From NCBI GenBank assembly GCA_016721245.1, contig JADKIQ010000009.1, positions 102,733-166,732 of the forward strand: 64,000 bases of DNA, written 5' to 3'. Each line of letters starts with the position of its first letter. Within the stretch, counting starts at the first letter, position 1. A model generated the notes under the pieces. It was not told the DNA's origin. It was given only the letters and a program-made list of their open reading frames with translations, and did no database searches. Position numbers and translations under genes: made by a program. Below, one piece after another: positions 37,653 to 49,031 of this stretch. The DNA is from Sphingobacteriales bacterium. Lineage in GTDB: Bacteria > Bacteroidota > Bacteroidia > Chitinophagales > JADIYW01.

Positions 37653-38339
37653 TTAGTTTCCTATAAAGCGATAACCAATACCGCTTTCCGTAATGATATA
37701 TTTTGGTACATTAAAATCATCTTCTATTTTTTTGCGCAGTTGCCCGATAAATACCCTTAGATACTGTGATTCATTCACATACGTTGGTCCCCACACTTCT
37801 TTCAATAAATACTGGTGTGTCAATACCTTTCCTTCGTTGTTCACCAGTAAACTCAACAGATTGAATTCTGTGGAGGTGAGTTTTATCACGGTGTTGTTCT
37901 TCTTCACCACGCGGTTCATCAAATCCATCTGCAAATCATGATAAACAACAATGGGTTCGTTTTTTTCCAGAATAGCATTACGTAAAGCAGAACGAATGCG
38001 AGCCAGCAGTTCTCCGGTGCGGAAGGGTTTTGTCAGATAATCGGTTGCGCCATTATCCAACGCTGTCACTATATTCTCTTCGTCTTTCTGAACGGATAAA
38101 ATGATTACCGGACTTTTATACCAGTTGCGCAACTCCGCTAAAACCTCCTGTCCGTTTTTATCCGGCAAGCCAAGGTCTAACAAAATCAGATCCGGCGGAT
38201 GATTTGCTGCTTTTACAATTCCTTCCTGAGCGGTATTGGCAATATTGGTTTTATAATTATTAGATTCCAACGCGATTTGCAATAGTTTACAAATCTGCGA
38301 TTCGTCATCAATAATTAATATGTTATTTGCGGTTGACAT
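37653..38339 (-). CDS. kdpE: OmpR-family response regulator, KdpE-like
   Basis: Receiver domain (ILIIDDE...DLILLDLGLPD) plus a winged helix with the QYLRVFIGQLRKKIE block characteristic of KdpE. Confidence 0.75.
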   Translation of the reverse strand: MSTANNILIIDDESQICKLLQIALESNNYKTNIANTAQEGIVKAANHPPDLILLDLGLPDKNGQEVLAELRNWYKSPVIILSVQKDEENIVTALDNGATDYLTKPFRTGELLARIRSALRNAILEKNEPIVVYHDLQMDLMNRVVKKNNTVIKLTSTEFNLLSLLVNNEGKVLTHQYLLKEVWGPTYVNESQYLRVFIGQLRKKIEDDFNVPKYIITESGIGYRFIGN

Positions 38340-38350
38340 TTTTATTTTTA

Positions 38351-39472
38351 TTACTCATTTTTTAATGCATTCATATAGTTCGTTTCCGTTGGGATGACGA
38401 TGGTAAACTCTGCACCGCCGGCGCTTGAATTTTTCAGACGGATAGCTCCCCCGTGTGCTTCTATAAAGCCTTTTACAATAGATAAACCCAATCCTGTACC
38501 CCCGGTTTTATGGGTATAAATGCGGTAAAATTTATCAAATACTTTTGTTATTTCTTCTTCCGGAAAACCCTTTCCTTCATCGCGGATAACGATGACCAGT
38601 TTTGTTTTTGCGTTGTCGGGTTCCATTAAACTAATTTCATCCGAATCAAAGCGTGTTACTTTTATATGAATGGCAGTATCTGCCGGTGTATAGGCAACGG
38701 CATTGATTAAGAGATTATATAAAATCTGCTCCATGATGCCGAAATCCAGTTTAAAATATGGAAGCGATTCAATTATCTGAATGTCGAATTGACGATTCGT
38801 TGTGTTTGCCTGCACTTCATTCACAACTTTGTAAACAAGTTCATTTACATCACACCAGTCTTTGTGTAATTGCAGAAATCCTGATTCCAAACGAGACATA
38901 TTCAACAGGTTTTCCACTTGTTGATTTAGCCGTAAGGATGCGGTGGAAATTTCTGAAACTAATATTTTTTTGGATGCCATATCCAGTTTTTCTTCATTTT
39001 CCTGCAAGGTGTCTGTTGCGCCAATTATCGTTGCGATGGGCGTCCTCAGTTCATGCGACAATGAATTTAAAAGCGTATTGTACAGTTTAATGATTTTTTC
39101 TTTCTCCTCTTTTTCATTCGCTTCTTTTTCCGCTTTTCGGATCCTGTTCGTCAGAATTGCATTAACCAAAGCCACGACGAAATACATTCCAAGCATCAAA
39201 ATATCTTCTGCGCTTTCAACATGAAAGGTGAATTTTGGAGGAATAAAAAAATAATCCCAGATTAAAGCACTTAATATGGCAGCCATCAGCAATGGAAACA
39301 CATTCATAAAAGTGGCCAGAATGGAAACGACAAACAATAAAATAAGCGCTACGTTTCTGTAACCAAAATAATTTGAAAATAAATAACAAACACTTGCTGT
39401 CAATACCACCATTGCAACACTGATAAGTGATTGCTTTTGATTGGAGATTTTATAAAGAGAAAAATTAGTCAC
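38351..39472 (-). CDS. sensor histidine kinase, KdpD C-terminal-core type (no N-terminal Kdp/Usp sensor domain)
   Basis: 373 aa: about 4 TM segments, then HisKA (LSHELRTPIATIIGATDTL) and HATPase_c (GGTGLGLSIVKGFIEAHGG). Confidence 0.75.
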   Translation of the reverse strand: MTNFSLYKISNQKQSLISVAMVVLTASVCYLFSNYFGYRNVALILLFVVSILATFMNVFPLLMAAILSALIWDYFFIPPKFTFHVESAEDILMLGMYFVVALVNAILTNRIRKAEKEANEKEEKEKIIKLYNTLLNSLSHELRTPIATIIGATDTLQENEEKLDMASKKILVSEISTASLRLNQQVENLLNMSRLESGFLQLHKDWCDVNELVYKVVNEVQANTTNRQFDIQIIESLPYFKLDFGIMEQILYNLLINAVAYTPADTAIHIKVTRFDSDEISLMEPDNAKTKLVIVIRDEGKGFPEEEITKVFDKFYRIYTHKTGGTGLGLSIVKGFIEAHGGAIRLKNSSAGGAEFTIVIPTETNYMNALKNE

Positions 39473-39559
39473 TTTAAATAGTATGATGCAAAGTTATAGT
39501 ACAAGCTGTAAATATGGTGTAAAAGAACAGCTCAGAAGCATAAAGATTTTATAAAGAAA

Positions 39560-41158
39560 CTACAGCCTTAATACAATTCCGTCATAAGCGTCTAAAATAC
39601 CATTAAAGCAACTTTTCTGCGTAACGGAAAAAACCACTTCCTTAACGGGAAGATTAATATTATTAGTAATTTTTGATTTGCTGAAATTAATAAGTACTAA
39701 CAGTTGCTCGTCCTCAAAAGAACGGACATAAGCCAGTATATTCTTATTGCCGGTATTTATCATTTCAATCGTTCCACTGTGCATTGAGGGGCTGCTTTTT
39801 CTAAGAAGAATCAACTTTTTAAACACATTCAGCAAAGATTCTTTATCGGAAAGCTGTTCTTCTGCATTTCTCTTTTCAATATCTTTATTAAGCGGTAACC
39901 AAGTTTCGCTGCTTGATGAAAAACCTGCATTTTTTTGATTATTCCATTGCATGGGCGTTCTGCAATTATCGCGGTTGATGCCCACCGGTAGCAGGTCTGC
40001 AATGAATTGCGGTACCCAGCTATACACCTTCACCATCGGGTCCTTGCCTTCCTTTATTGGAATCTTTCCATCCGTCATGCCTATCTCTTCTCCATAATAA
40101 ACACAGGGCACAGCACGCATAGTGAATTGCAGCAAGGCCAGCAATTTTGCTTTTTCCAGATTATTTCCAATTCGGTGAATGCTTCTTAACTGATCGTGAT
40201 TGCTGAATACGGCGGTAGGAATATTGGGTGCAGGATAATGATGTTCGTATTCCAGTATTTTCTTCCTGAAAAAATCCGCTTTGAATTTATAATACAGAAT
40301 ATCGAACAGAAACACCAGGTGTAAACCGTCTTGTTTTTTGCCAAGATATTGTTTGATTTTATCATGTCCGCCGAACACTTCACCCAGCAACATGCGTGGA
40401 GGATGGTTGAACTCATTAATCACACTTCGTAATTCCTGCGCCAGTTCAAAATTTTCCTCCTGATTCAGAGAATGTTTCCGGATCTGGAAATTGCTGCCGG
40501 GGTGTTCTTCACTCGGAATGATATGGAATAAAGAAAAGGGATTGTCTTTAAAATCCTTATCCTTTATAATACAATTGAAAATATCGAGGCGGAAACCATC
40601 TACGCCTTTTTGCAGCCAGAAACGGCAGACATCAAACATGGCTTTTTTTACTTCATGATTGCGGTAATTCAAATCCGGCTGAAATGGTAAAAACGAAGCG
40701 TAATAATATTGATTGCGTTCCGCGGAATATTGCCAGCCGTTCGGACCGACAATGCTTTTCCAGTTGTTGGGTTGGTCGCGCCAGATATACCAGTCCGCTT
40801 TCGGATTGTCTTTGGAAGAACGGGATTCCAGAAACCACGGATGCTTATCGGAAGTATGGTTCATCACCATATCAAACACGACTTTCATATTGCGCTGATG
40901 AATTTCCGAAATCAGCTGTTCCACATCCTGCAGGGTGCCGTATTCCGGAGCAATGTTGTAATAATCGGAAATGTCGTAGCCGAAATCTTCCTGTGGAGAA
41001 CAATAAAACGGAGATATCCAGATGGTTTCAAAACCCAGGTCTTTGATGTAATCCAGTTTCTGAATTATTCCCTGTAAATCACCGATACCATCACCGTTGC
41101 TGTCGTAAAACGACCGCGGATAAATCTGATAAATGGTAGTGGTAGCGTGCCAGGACAT
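39560..41158 (-). CDS. GH13 alpha-glucosidase / oligo-1,6-glucosidase family
   Basis: YQIYPRSFYDSNGDGIGDLQGI, DMVMNHTSD, GVDGFRLDIFN, GEVF and FSNHDQ are the conserved alpha-amylase-family regions. Confidence 0.85.
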   Translation of the reverse strand: MSWHATTTIYQIYPRSFYDSNGDGIGDLQGIIQKLDYIKDLGFETIWISPFYCSPQEDFGYDISDYYNIAPEYGTLQDVEQLISEIHQRNMKVVFDMVMNHTSDKHPWFLESRSSKDNPKADWYIWRDQPNNWKSIVGPNGWQYSAERNQYYYASFLPFQPDLNYRNHEVKKAMFDVCRFWLQKGVDGFRLDIFNCIIKDKDFKDNPFSLFHIIPSEEHPGSNFQIRKHSLNQEENFELAQELRSVINEFNHPPRMLLGEVFGGHDKIKQYLGKKQDGLHLVFLFDILYYKFKADFFRKKILEYEHHYPAPNIPTAVFSNHDQLRSIHRIGNNLEKAKLLALLQFTMRAVPCVYYGEEIGMTDGKIPIKEGKDPMVKVYSWVPQFIADLLPVGINRDNCRTPMQWNNQKNAGFSSSSETWLPLNKDIEKRNAEEQLSDKESLLNVFKKLILLRKSSPSMHSGTIEMINTGNKNILAYVRSFEDEQLLVLINFSKSKITNNINLPVKEVVFSVTQKSCFNGILDAYDGIVLRL

Positions 41159-41179
41159 CTGACGTGAAAATACTAAAAA

Positions 41180-42547
41180 TTATACAGCCTGACTAAATTT
41201 CGGAGTATCTTGTTTAGGATTCAGTTTGTCGTCATTCATTTTTTTATCAAAAACGGCACAGATATTTCTCAGAAAACTCCAGCCCAGCTGCGTTACCAGC
41301 AGTTGCGAATTTTCCCATGCTATCAATCCGTCTTTTTGCAAATCATTTAACTGATTTTCCATCAAAGGTGTCAGTGCGATTTCACCGGTCCAATCTGTTT
41401 TACCTTTGCACGCAATATTCAGAATGTGTTTTCTGTAAAGAATATCTTCCTCGCTAACATTGATGCCGCGATGTACCGGCAACAGCCCGTTATTGACAGC
41501 TTCATAATATTCTTCCACCGTTTTATAGTTCTGACGAAAGCCGTAGAACACATCACTAATAGCGGAAACCCCCAAGCCGATTAATACCTCCGTGTTGGTG
41601 GTGGTGTAGCCCATAAAGTTTCTGTGCAACAATCCGTTTTGCTTACTGATGAGCAGGCCATCACCTGCCAGTGCGAAATGGTCCATACCCACATCGATAT
41701 ATCCGGCCGCGACAAACAACTCTTTGCCTAATTCATACAAGGCATATTTATCTTTCCCTTTCGGTAGATCATTTTCGTCGTAGGCTCGCTGTGATTTTTT
41801 AGTCCAGGGAACATGCGCATAACTGTAAAAGGCGATTCTATTGGGTTGTAAGGTAATCACTGTCTCAATGGTTTGGCGAATGGTATCAATAGTTTGAAAC
41901 GGCAATCCGTAAATCAAATCAAAGTTCACGGATTCGTAACCGATTTCGCGCGCCCATTCCGTTACCTGTTTGGTCTTTTCAAACGGCTGAACGCGGTTGA
42001 TGGCCACTTGTACTTTTTTATCCAGATCCTGTACGCCAAAGCTTACACGGCGGAAACCTATATTATATAAGGATTGCAGGTGTTCCTTTGTCGTATTATT
42101 TGGATGCCCTTCAAAACTGAATTCAGGTTCCGGATGTATGCTGACGTCTTTGAATAATTCTGTCATTAAGTACACCAGATTTTCAGGACTGAAAAAGGTA
42201 GGTGTTCCACCGCCTAAATGCAATTCGCGGATGAGCAGATTATTGCCGAAAATATTTTTATAGTGTGCCCATTCTTTCAGTAATGCATCTATATAGATGG
42301 TTTCTACCGAATGGTTTTTGGTGATGCGTTTGTTGCAACCACAATATGTACAAAGCTGTTCGCAAAAAGGAAGGTGTAGATATAAACTAATGCCTTCTTT
42401 GGTCTTATTGGCCTGAATGGCTTTTTGAATCTGTTGTGTCCAGTCTGCATTGTCCGTTAAGCCATCTTTCCAGTAAGGAACTGTGGGATAGCTGGTGTAT
42501 CTCGGAATGGGGACATTGTATTTATCGATTAAGGTAAAAGGTAACAT
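41180..42547 (-). CDS. hemN: oxygen-independent coproporphyrinogen III oxidase (radical SAM)
   Basis: 455 aa with YLHLPFCEQLCTYCGCN (CxxxCxxC) and a HemN_C-type C-terminus. Confidence 0.85.
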   Translation of the reverse strand: MLPFTLIDKYNVPIPRYTSYPTVPYWKDGLTDNADWTQQIQKAIQANKTKEGISLYLHLPFCEQLCTYCGCNKRITKNHSVETIYIDALLKEWAHYKNIFGNNLLIRELHLGGGTPTFFSPENLVYLMTELFKDVSIHPEPEFSFEGHPNNTTKEHLQSLYNIGFRRVSFGVQDLDKKVQVAINRVQPFEKTKQVTEWAREIGYESVNFDLIYGLPFQTIDTIRQTIETVITLQPNRIAFYSYAHVPWTKKSQRAYDENDLPKGKDKYALYELGKELFVAAGYIDVGMDHFALAGDGLLISKQNGLLHRNFMGYTTTNTEVLIGLGVSAISDVFYGFRQNYKTVEEYYEAVNNGLLPVHRGINVSEEDILYRKHILNIACKGKTDWTGEIALTPLMENQLNDLQKDGLIAWENSQLLVTQLGWSFLRNICAVFDKKMNDDKLNPKQDTPKFSQAV

Positions 42548-42723
42548 ACGCTGGCAAAGTTACAATCTTAATGAATTTTATTTTATGATACATGTCAGGT
42601 TTATACAAACACTTACAAGATACACGAAATGAAATATTATAAAGCAAAGTAAAGTAAGAAAAGCAGGATAATGACGGTTGCCGCTATCAGAAAGGATGTT
42701 AGAAGCAATTTTTTAAGTTTCAT

Positions 42724-43320
42724 TTACATCATTTTACCCAATGTTCGTTTCATTTCGTCCTCACTTTCTTCCAGGTGTTTTTTTACGTTCAGGCGATCTT
42801 TTTCGCTTTTGTTCTGGTTCAGTTTTTCTTTTGCCTGCAGATTACTTACGGTAATTTCAAACGCGATGATGCCTTGCAGCAGTCCGTCAATATATTTTTT
42901 ATCCAGTGTTCGGAACTGTTCTATAAAATCCGCTTCGTAGGATTGCATTTGTTTGTGGAGGACGGCTAATTTTTCTTCGTCGCTTTTCAAAATGTTTATT
43001 TTTCCATAAGCGTGTACGGCCACGTAATTCCAGGTGGGCACGTTTTGTTTTTGTTCATATAAAGAAGGTGAGATGTATGCATGCGGCTCAGAAAAAATAA
43101 CCAGCACATCTTTATCTGAAAATGTTTTCCATTGTTCGTTGGCCTTACTCATGTGAGAAATCAACACGATTTCATTTTCTCTTTCCTCAATAACAAAAGG
43201 CAAATGGGTAGCGAGCGGAAGTTCATCTTTAGCGGAAACGACAATGGCAAAATTATACGCATTCATAAAAGCAATGCTTTTCTTGCGGTCGTTCTGCTTA
43301 AAATATTTTGGTATGTACAT
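42724..43320 (-). CDS. FMN-binding negative transcriptional regulator, PaiB family
   Basis: The MYIPKYFKQND N-terminus and the HLPF, PTWNYVAVHAYG and QNK blocks are typical of PaiB. Confidence 0.75.
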   Translation of the reverse strand: MYIPKYFKQNDRKKSIAFMNAYNFAIVVSAKDELPLATHLPFVIEERENEIVLISHMSKANEQWKTFSDKDVLVIFSEPHAYISPSLYEQKQNVPTWNYVAVHAYGKINILKSDEEKLAVLHKQMQSYEADFIEQFRTLDKKYIDGLLQGIIAFEITVSNLQAKEKLNQNKSEKDRLNVKKHLEESEDEMKRTLGKMM

Positions 43321-43329
43321 TTATTTATT

Positions 43330-44313
43330 TTACCAGGTAGATATTGTTTTTATCACCAAAGAATCTCTGCTATCCGGTGTTTTTTCCAGCGTGCGGATTT
43401 TGATATTTCCGCTGCCGGCAAATTCAATCAGATTCTGCCGGGATGCAAACACTTCTTCTTCCGGAGCTTTAAATTTGGCCAATTCCTGCCACTTGCCTCT
43501 TTTAAAGCTATATAAAACAACATTACCAACTTCCCCATCCGGATTTTTTATGACGATGGAAAAATCATCGGAGCCGTCGCCGTCCACATCATTTTCATTC
43601 AGCACATTTACACCAACGCAATTTGGAATCACAATTTCTGGCAAGTCCATATTCGTAAAAGATATTTTTGTTTCGGTGGAGGAAAATCTTCCACTCGTAT
43701 CTTGTTCCGGTTTTAATACAATCAAATCTTCTTTTTCTCCGTCTCCGTTAAAATCGCCTGAAGACAAACTCTCACTTTCCTGAAATTTTTCAAACAATGA
43801 AACCATCTCCGGACGCAGGTCTGCCTCCTTATCACTTTCTACAATAATACGCCAGGTGCTGTCTGCCTGTTTTTTAAATATCAGATAAGAGTGATATACA
43901 TTTGGTTTGCTGTTGATGGTGACCAGTTTTAAAAATTCACATTTATAATCACCGGTATCAGAAGCATAAATTCCGATTCGTCCAATAATTCGTTCACGAT
44001 AAGTATCCGCATGACTTATTTTATATCTTTTAGAATCAATTACAGATTTAAGCGGGATTCTTTTTTTAAAAAACAAAACAGGATCATTGTAATAATTTTC
44101 CAGGCTGTCTAAGTGGATTGTATCGTGTGCAGCATTCCATTTATATACTATGTCAATTACAGTTTGCTGCTCGCCTGGTAGCATTTTATACGATTCTTTT
44201 ATATCGTTTGAATCAATTTTTTTAGTGTTGTCGTTTTCATTCTTGCAGGAAGAACAGGCACTCAAAAAAATGCTGATAACGATATAAACGGGAAGGATAA
44301 TTTTCTTATTCAC
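43330..44313 (-). CDS. hypothetical lipoprotein with FG-GAP/VCBS-like DxDGD segments
   Basis: Lipobox FLSACSSC. FNGDGEKEDLIVL and DVDGDGSDDFSIV segments. Confidence 0.5.
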   Translation of the reverse strand: MNKKIILPVYIVISIFLSACSSCKNENDNTKKIDSNDIKESYKMLPGEQQTVIDIVYKWNAAHDTIHLDSLENYYNDPVLFFKKRIPLKSVIDSKRYKISHADTYRERIIGRIGIYASDTGDYKCEFLKLVTINSKPNVYHSYLIFKKQADSTWRIIVESDKEADLRPEMVSLFEKFQESESLSSGDFNGDGEKEDLIVLKPEQDTSGRFSSTETKISFTNMDLPEIVIPNCVGVNVLNENDVDGDGSDDFSIVIKNPDGEVGNVVLYSFKRGKWQELAKFKAPEEEVFASRQNLIEFAGSGNIKIRTLEKTPDSRDSLVIKTISTW

Positions 44314-44983
44314 AGAATTAATTTCACACGAAAGATAAGAAATTGAATGATGTCATACGCATGAAAAGCAGTTATTTTTTATTCATCTCTATGGCATTTT
44401 GTTTATACAAAAGATACTTTTCAGAATTCAGTTTTCAAAAAAAATCTTTCAAAACAAAGAGAGAAAATATATTTTTCATTATCAGGAGCGTTCTATTTTA
44501 TCCACCGAAATAAACATTCAACATTTTTTAAGGCTGTTTTTTTCGGATGACGTTATTGATTTTGCAGAAAAAATAAATAAATAAATCAACAAGCAGCAAG
44601 CATAAATTATTTAAACAGAGAACAGTATAATTTTTATTTCTTAAAGAGCATTCTTCAGAAACATTAGTATTTACTGGTGTTTTCATGCGATATAATTTTT
44701 TTATAAAAATAGTTTTAAGACGATAACGCGATAAAAAAAATCAAAATATTTTTATTGATTTTTTTGAAGCAGCTTGATTTTACAGAATAAAAATATGCCT
44801 TTTACGTTATCCACAATTATCAACATTTATGAATAACTCAGGTATTGTATAAAATGAATATTGTATTACTTTTATATTGCAGAATAGTTAAAGGAGTATT
44901 TTAATCTGCATATAAAAAATAAAGTGTTCCAACAGAAAAGTTTCAACTGTTTAAAAATGAAACAAAAAACAAAATAAAAAACA

Positions 44984-45262
44984 ATGGCAAAGAAAACAGC
45001 AAGCGCAAAGCCAGCAGCAAAAAAAGCAGCAGCTCCAGCTAAGAAAGCGGTAGCGAAAAAAGCTCCAGCGAAAAAAGCAGCAGCTCCAGCTAAGAAAGCG
45101 GTAGCGAAAAAAGCTCCAGCAAAAAAAGCGGCAGCTCCAGCTAAGAAAGCAGTAGCGAAAAAAGCTCCAGCGAAAAAAGCGGCAGCTCCAGCTAAGAAAG
45201 CAGTAGCGAAAAAAGCTCCAGCTAAGAAAGCGGTAGCGAAAAAAGCTCCAGCAAAAAAGTAA
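44984..45262 (+). CDS. histone H1-like lysine/alanine-rich DNA-binding protein
   Basis: 92 aa built from AKKAAAPAKKAVAKKAP repeats, followed by a strong terminator. Confidence 0.7.
   Translation: MAKKTASAKPAAKKAAAPAKKAVAKKAPAKKAAAPAKKAVAKKAPAKKAAAPAKKAVAKKAPAKKAAAPAKKAVAKKAPAKKAVAKKAPAKK
45026..45262 (+). repeat. 51-bp coding tandem repeat (about 4.6 copies)
   Basis: Unit starts at 45026, 45077, 45128 and 45179. Each encodes the 17-aa KA-rich unit. Confidence 0.9.
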
Positions 45263-45288
45263 TCGCAAACTTGCGATGAAAACATAAA

Positions 45289-45325
45289 CCCGATGTCATT
45301 AAGACATCGGGTTTTGTTTTTTTTA
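45289..45325 (+). terminator. Rho-independent terminator (usable from both strands)
   Basis: Stem CCCGATGTC (45289-45297) / GACATCGGG (45303-45311), then TTTTGTTTTTTTT. Sits between convergent genes. Confidence 0.85.
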
Positions 45326-45338
45326 GTTTTATAGAATA

Positions 45339-46193
45339 TTACAAAAAAGTAAATCCACTTTTACACTCACTTTCCTTCCATAATATTTCCTGTATGTTTT
45401 TATCATAAGAAACAGCCGAAGATTTTTTAGCCTTGCAGTTGTGGAAATATTGACCGCTTGTATTTTTAACCTCATCGGAGCTTGCAAGATAGATATGTGA
45501 GCTGGCACCTTTCTCTACTGTCAATCCAAATAATTTAGAAGCCGTATTCCATACGAAGCCGAAAAACGCATTTCCGTTTTTGTTGCCGATTGGCGTATAC
45601 ACAAAACCGGGATGCAAGGCATTGACCGTAATATTAAACGGTTTTGCTTTTTCTGCCAGTGCGTAAGTGAATAATACATTAGCCAGTTTACTTTGCTCAT
45701 AAGCGCTCATCACGAAATATCTTCCCTTCTTTTTATAGAAAGATTCTATGTCGATGTTTTTTGCCTGATAGTGAGAGTCACTGGCGACGTTGATAATATG
45801 TGCGTCGGTTCCGGCTTTCAGCAAATCAAACAAATAGTAAGTCAGCCAGAAATAATTGAAGTGGTTGTTGGCCATCGTCATTTCAATGCCGTCTTCGGAT
45901 AACTGAAAATCGGAAAATACCCCACCAGCATTATTCAACAATACATCCAGTTTACCGAAGTCTTTTTTTATTTGTGCAGCAACAACCTCCACGGATTTTT
46001 GAACGGCTAAATTGGCTGTATAGAGATGTATGTTCTGATTTCCCGAAAAGGATTTGATATCGGCAACTGCCTGTTCGCCTTTTTCTTTATTGCGACACAG
46101 CAGAATTATTTCGTGACCTTGTTTTGCCAATTGTCTGGCGGCTTCGAAACCTAAGCCGGAATTAGCACCGGAAATGAGAATTGTTTTTTGCAT
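45339..46193 (-). CDS. SDR-family short-chain dehydrogenase/reductase
   Basis: TILISGANSGLGFEAA (TGxxxGxG), NNAG, and YxxxK (YEQSK). Confidence 0.85.
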   Translation of the reverse strand: MQKTILISGANSGLGFEAARQLAKQGHEIILLCRNKEKGEQAVADIKSFSGNQNIHLYTANLAVQKSVEVVAAQIKKDFGKLDVLLNNAGGVFSDFQLSEDGIEMTMANNHFNYFWLTYYLFDLLKAGTDAHIINVASDSHYQAKNIDIESFYKKKGRYFVMSAYEQSKLANVLFTYALAEKAKPFNITVNALHPGFVYTPIGNKNGNAFFGFVWNTASKLFGLTVEKGASSHIYLASSDEVKNTSGQYFHNCKAKKSSAVSYDKNIQEILWKESECKSGFTFL

Positions 46194-46202
46194 GGTAGCT
46201 GT

Positions 46203-46495
46203 TTAATCAAATGGATTTAATTCTTTACGATTATCAAAGATGTTTAAAATGGTGATTGTATTTTCATCAATTTTATAATAAAAAGAATTGTGTTAGTAAT
46301 GAGCAATTTGTGTATTGAAGTATCTTTGTAAGACGCTCTGCCTGAAAATGGAAAAGTTTCTATTAATTCTAAACGAGCCAATACTTTAACGAGGAATTTT
46401 TCTGCAACACGTTCAGACCATTTTCTAACCAAGTAATCATATATCAGCTCAAGGTCTTCTTTGGCATTTTCTGTCCAAACTATTTCGTAAGCCAC
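46203..46495 (-). pseudogene. RelE/ParE-family toxin with a 1-nt frame break near its C-terminus
   Basis: Track ORF 46244-46495 (MAYEIVWTENAKEDLELIYDYL...). In another frame the sequence continues HNSFYYKIDENTITILNIFDNRKELNPFD to the stop at 46203, the expected ParE-like C-terminus. Confidence 0.6.
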
Positions 46496-46719
46496 TCTTG
46501 AATCTGATTTTTTACTGCTTTATTAGAAACGACTTTTCCATCTTTTGTCTGTTGAATAGATGATTGCAATCTTGTTTGTTGAAATGAAGATAGTTCATCT
46601 AAAATATCGCTATCTTTTTTTATAGAATTAAAAGACTCATTTAACACCAAGAGTGTTTCTTCATCTTCTATGGTATCGATAAATTGGTGAAGTTGAGATT
46701 TTAGTGCTTGTTTTGTCAT
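46480..46719 (-). CDS. putative antitoxin of the ParE-like toxin
   Basis: 79 aa from the ATG at 46719 (MTKQALKSQLHQFIDTIEDEE). Overlaps the toxin start by 16 nt, a typical type II TA layout. Confidence 0.55.
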   Translation of the reverse strand: MTKQALKSQLHQFIDTIEDEETLLVLNESFNSIKKDSDILDELSSFQQTRLQSSIQQTKDGKVVSNKAVKNQIQEWLTK

Positions 46720-46901
46720 AATTAAAATTAAGAAGAAAAAAGATAAAAAACAACTAATCCAACAGGTCATCTATTAAGCTATCTCTTGATTCTTCATACT
46801 TCTTTATATCTTTTATAGTAAATAAATTCTTGAACCGAATTATCCATAAAAGAATAACAAGAAGAAATGCGATTATAAAGATAATTTCCATAATAAAGGA
46901 T

Positions 46902-48929
<2,028 letters not shown>

Positions 48930-49031
48930 CTTTCTACCTCAAAGATATACAAAAGATAAGAATGCACCATTAGTGGTAAATGAAAGTAAATGCTTAAAAA
49001 AAACAAGTATTTTTAAGTAAACTAAAAGAGT

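Noticed and set aside
45026-45262. A regular 51-bp tandem repeat that could be mistaken for a CRISPR-like array.
   Set aside because: The units are contiguous with no spacers. They lie in frame inside an ORF and encode a KA-rich 17-aa protein repeat. No cas genes are present.
44872-45285. Two antisense ORFs (137 and 105 aa) opposite the histone-like gene.
   Set aside because: They are low-complexity mirror translations of the 51-bp repeat. The plus-strand KA-rich protein has a start context and a terminator.
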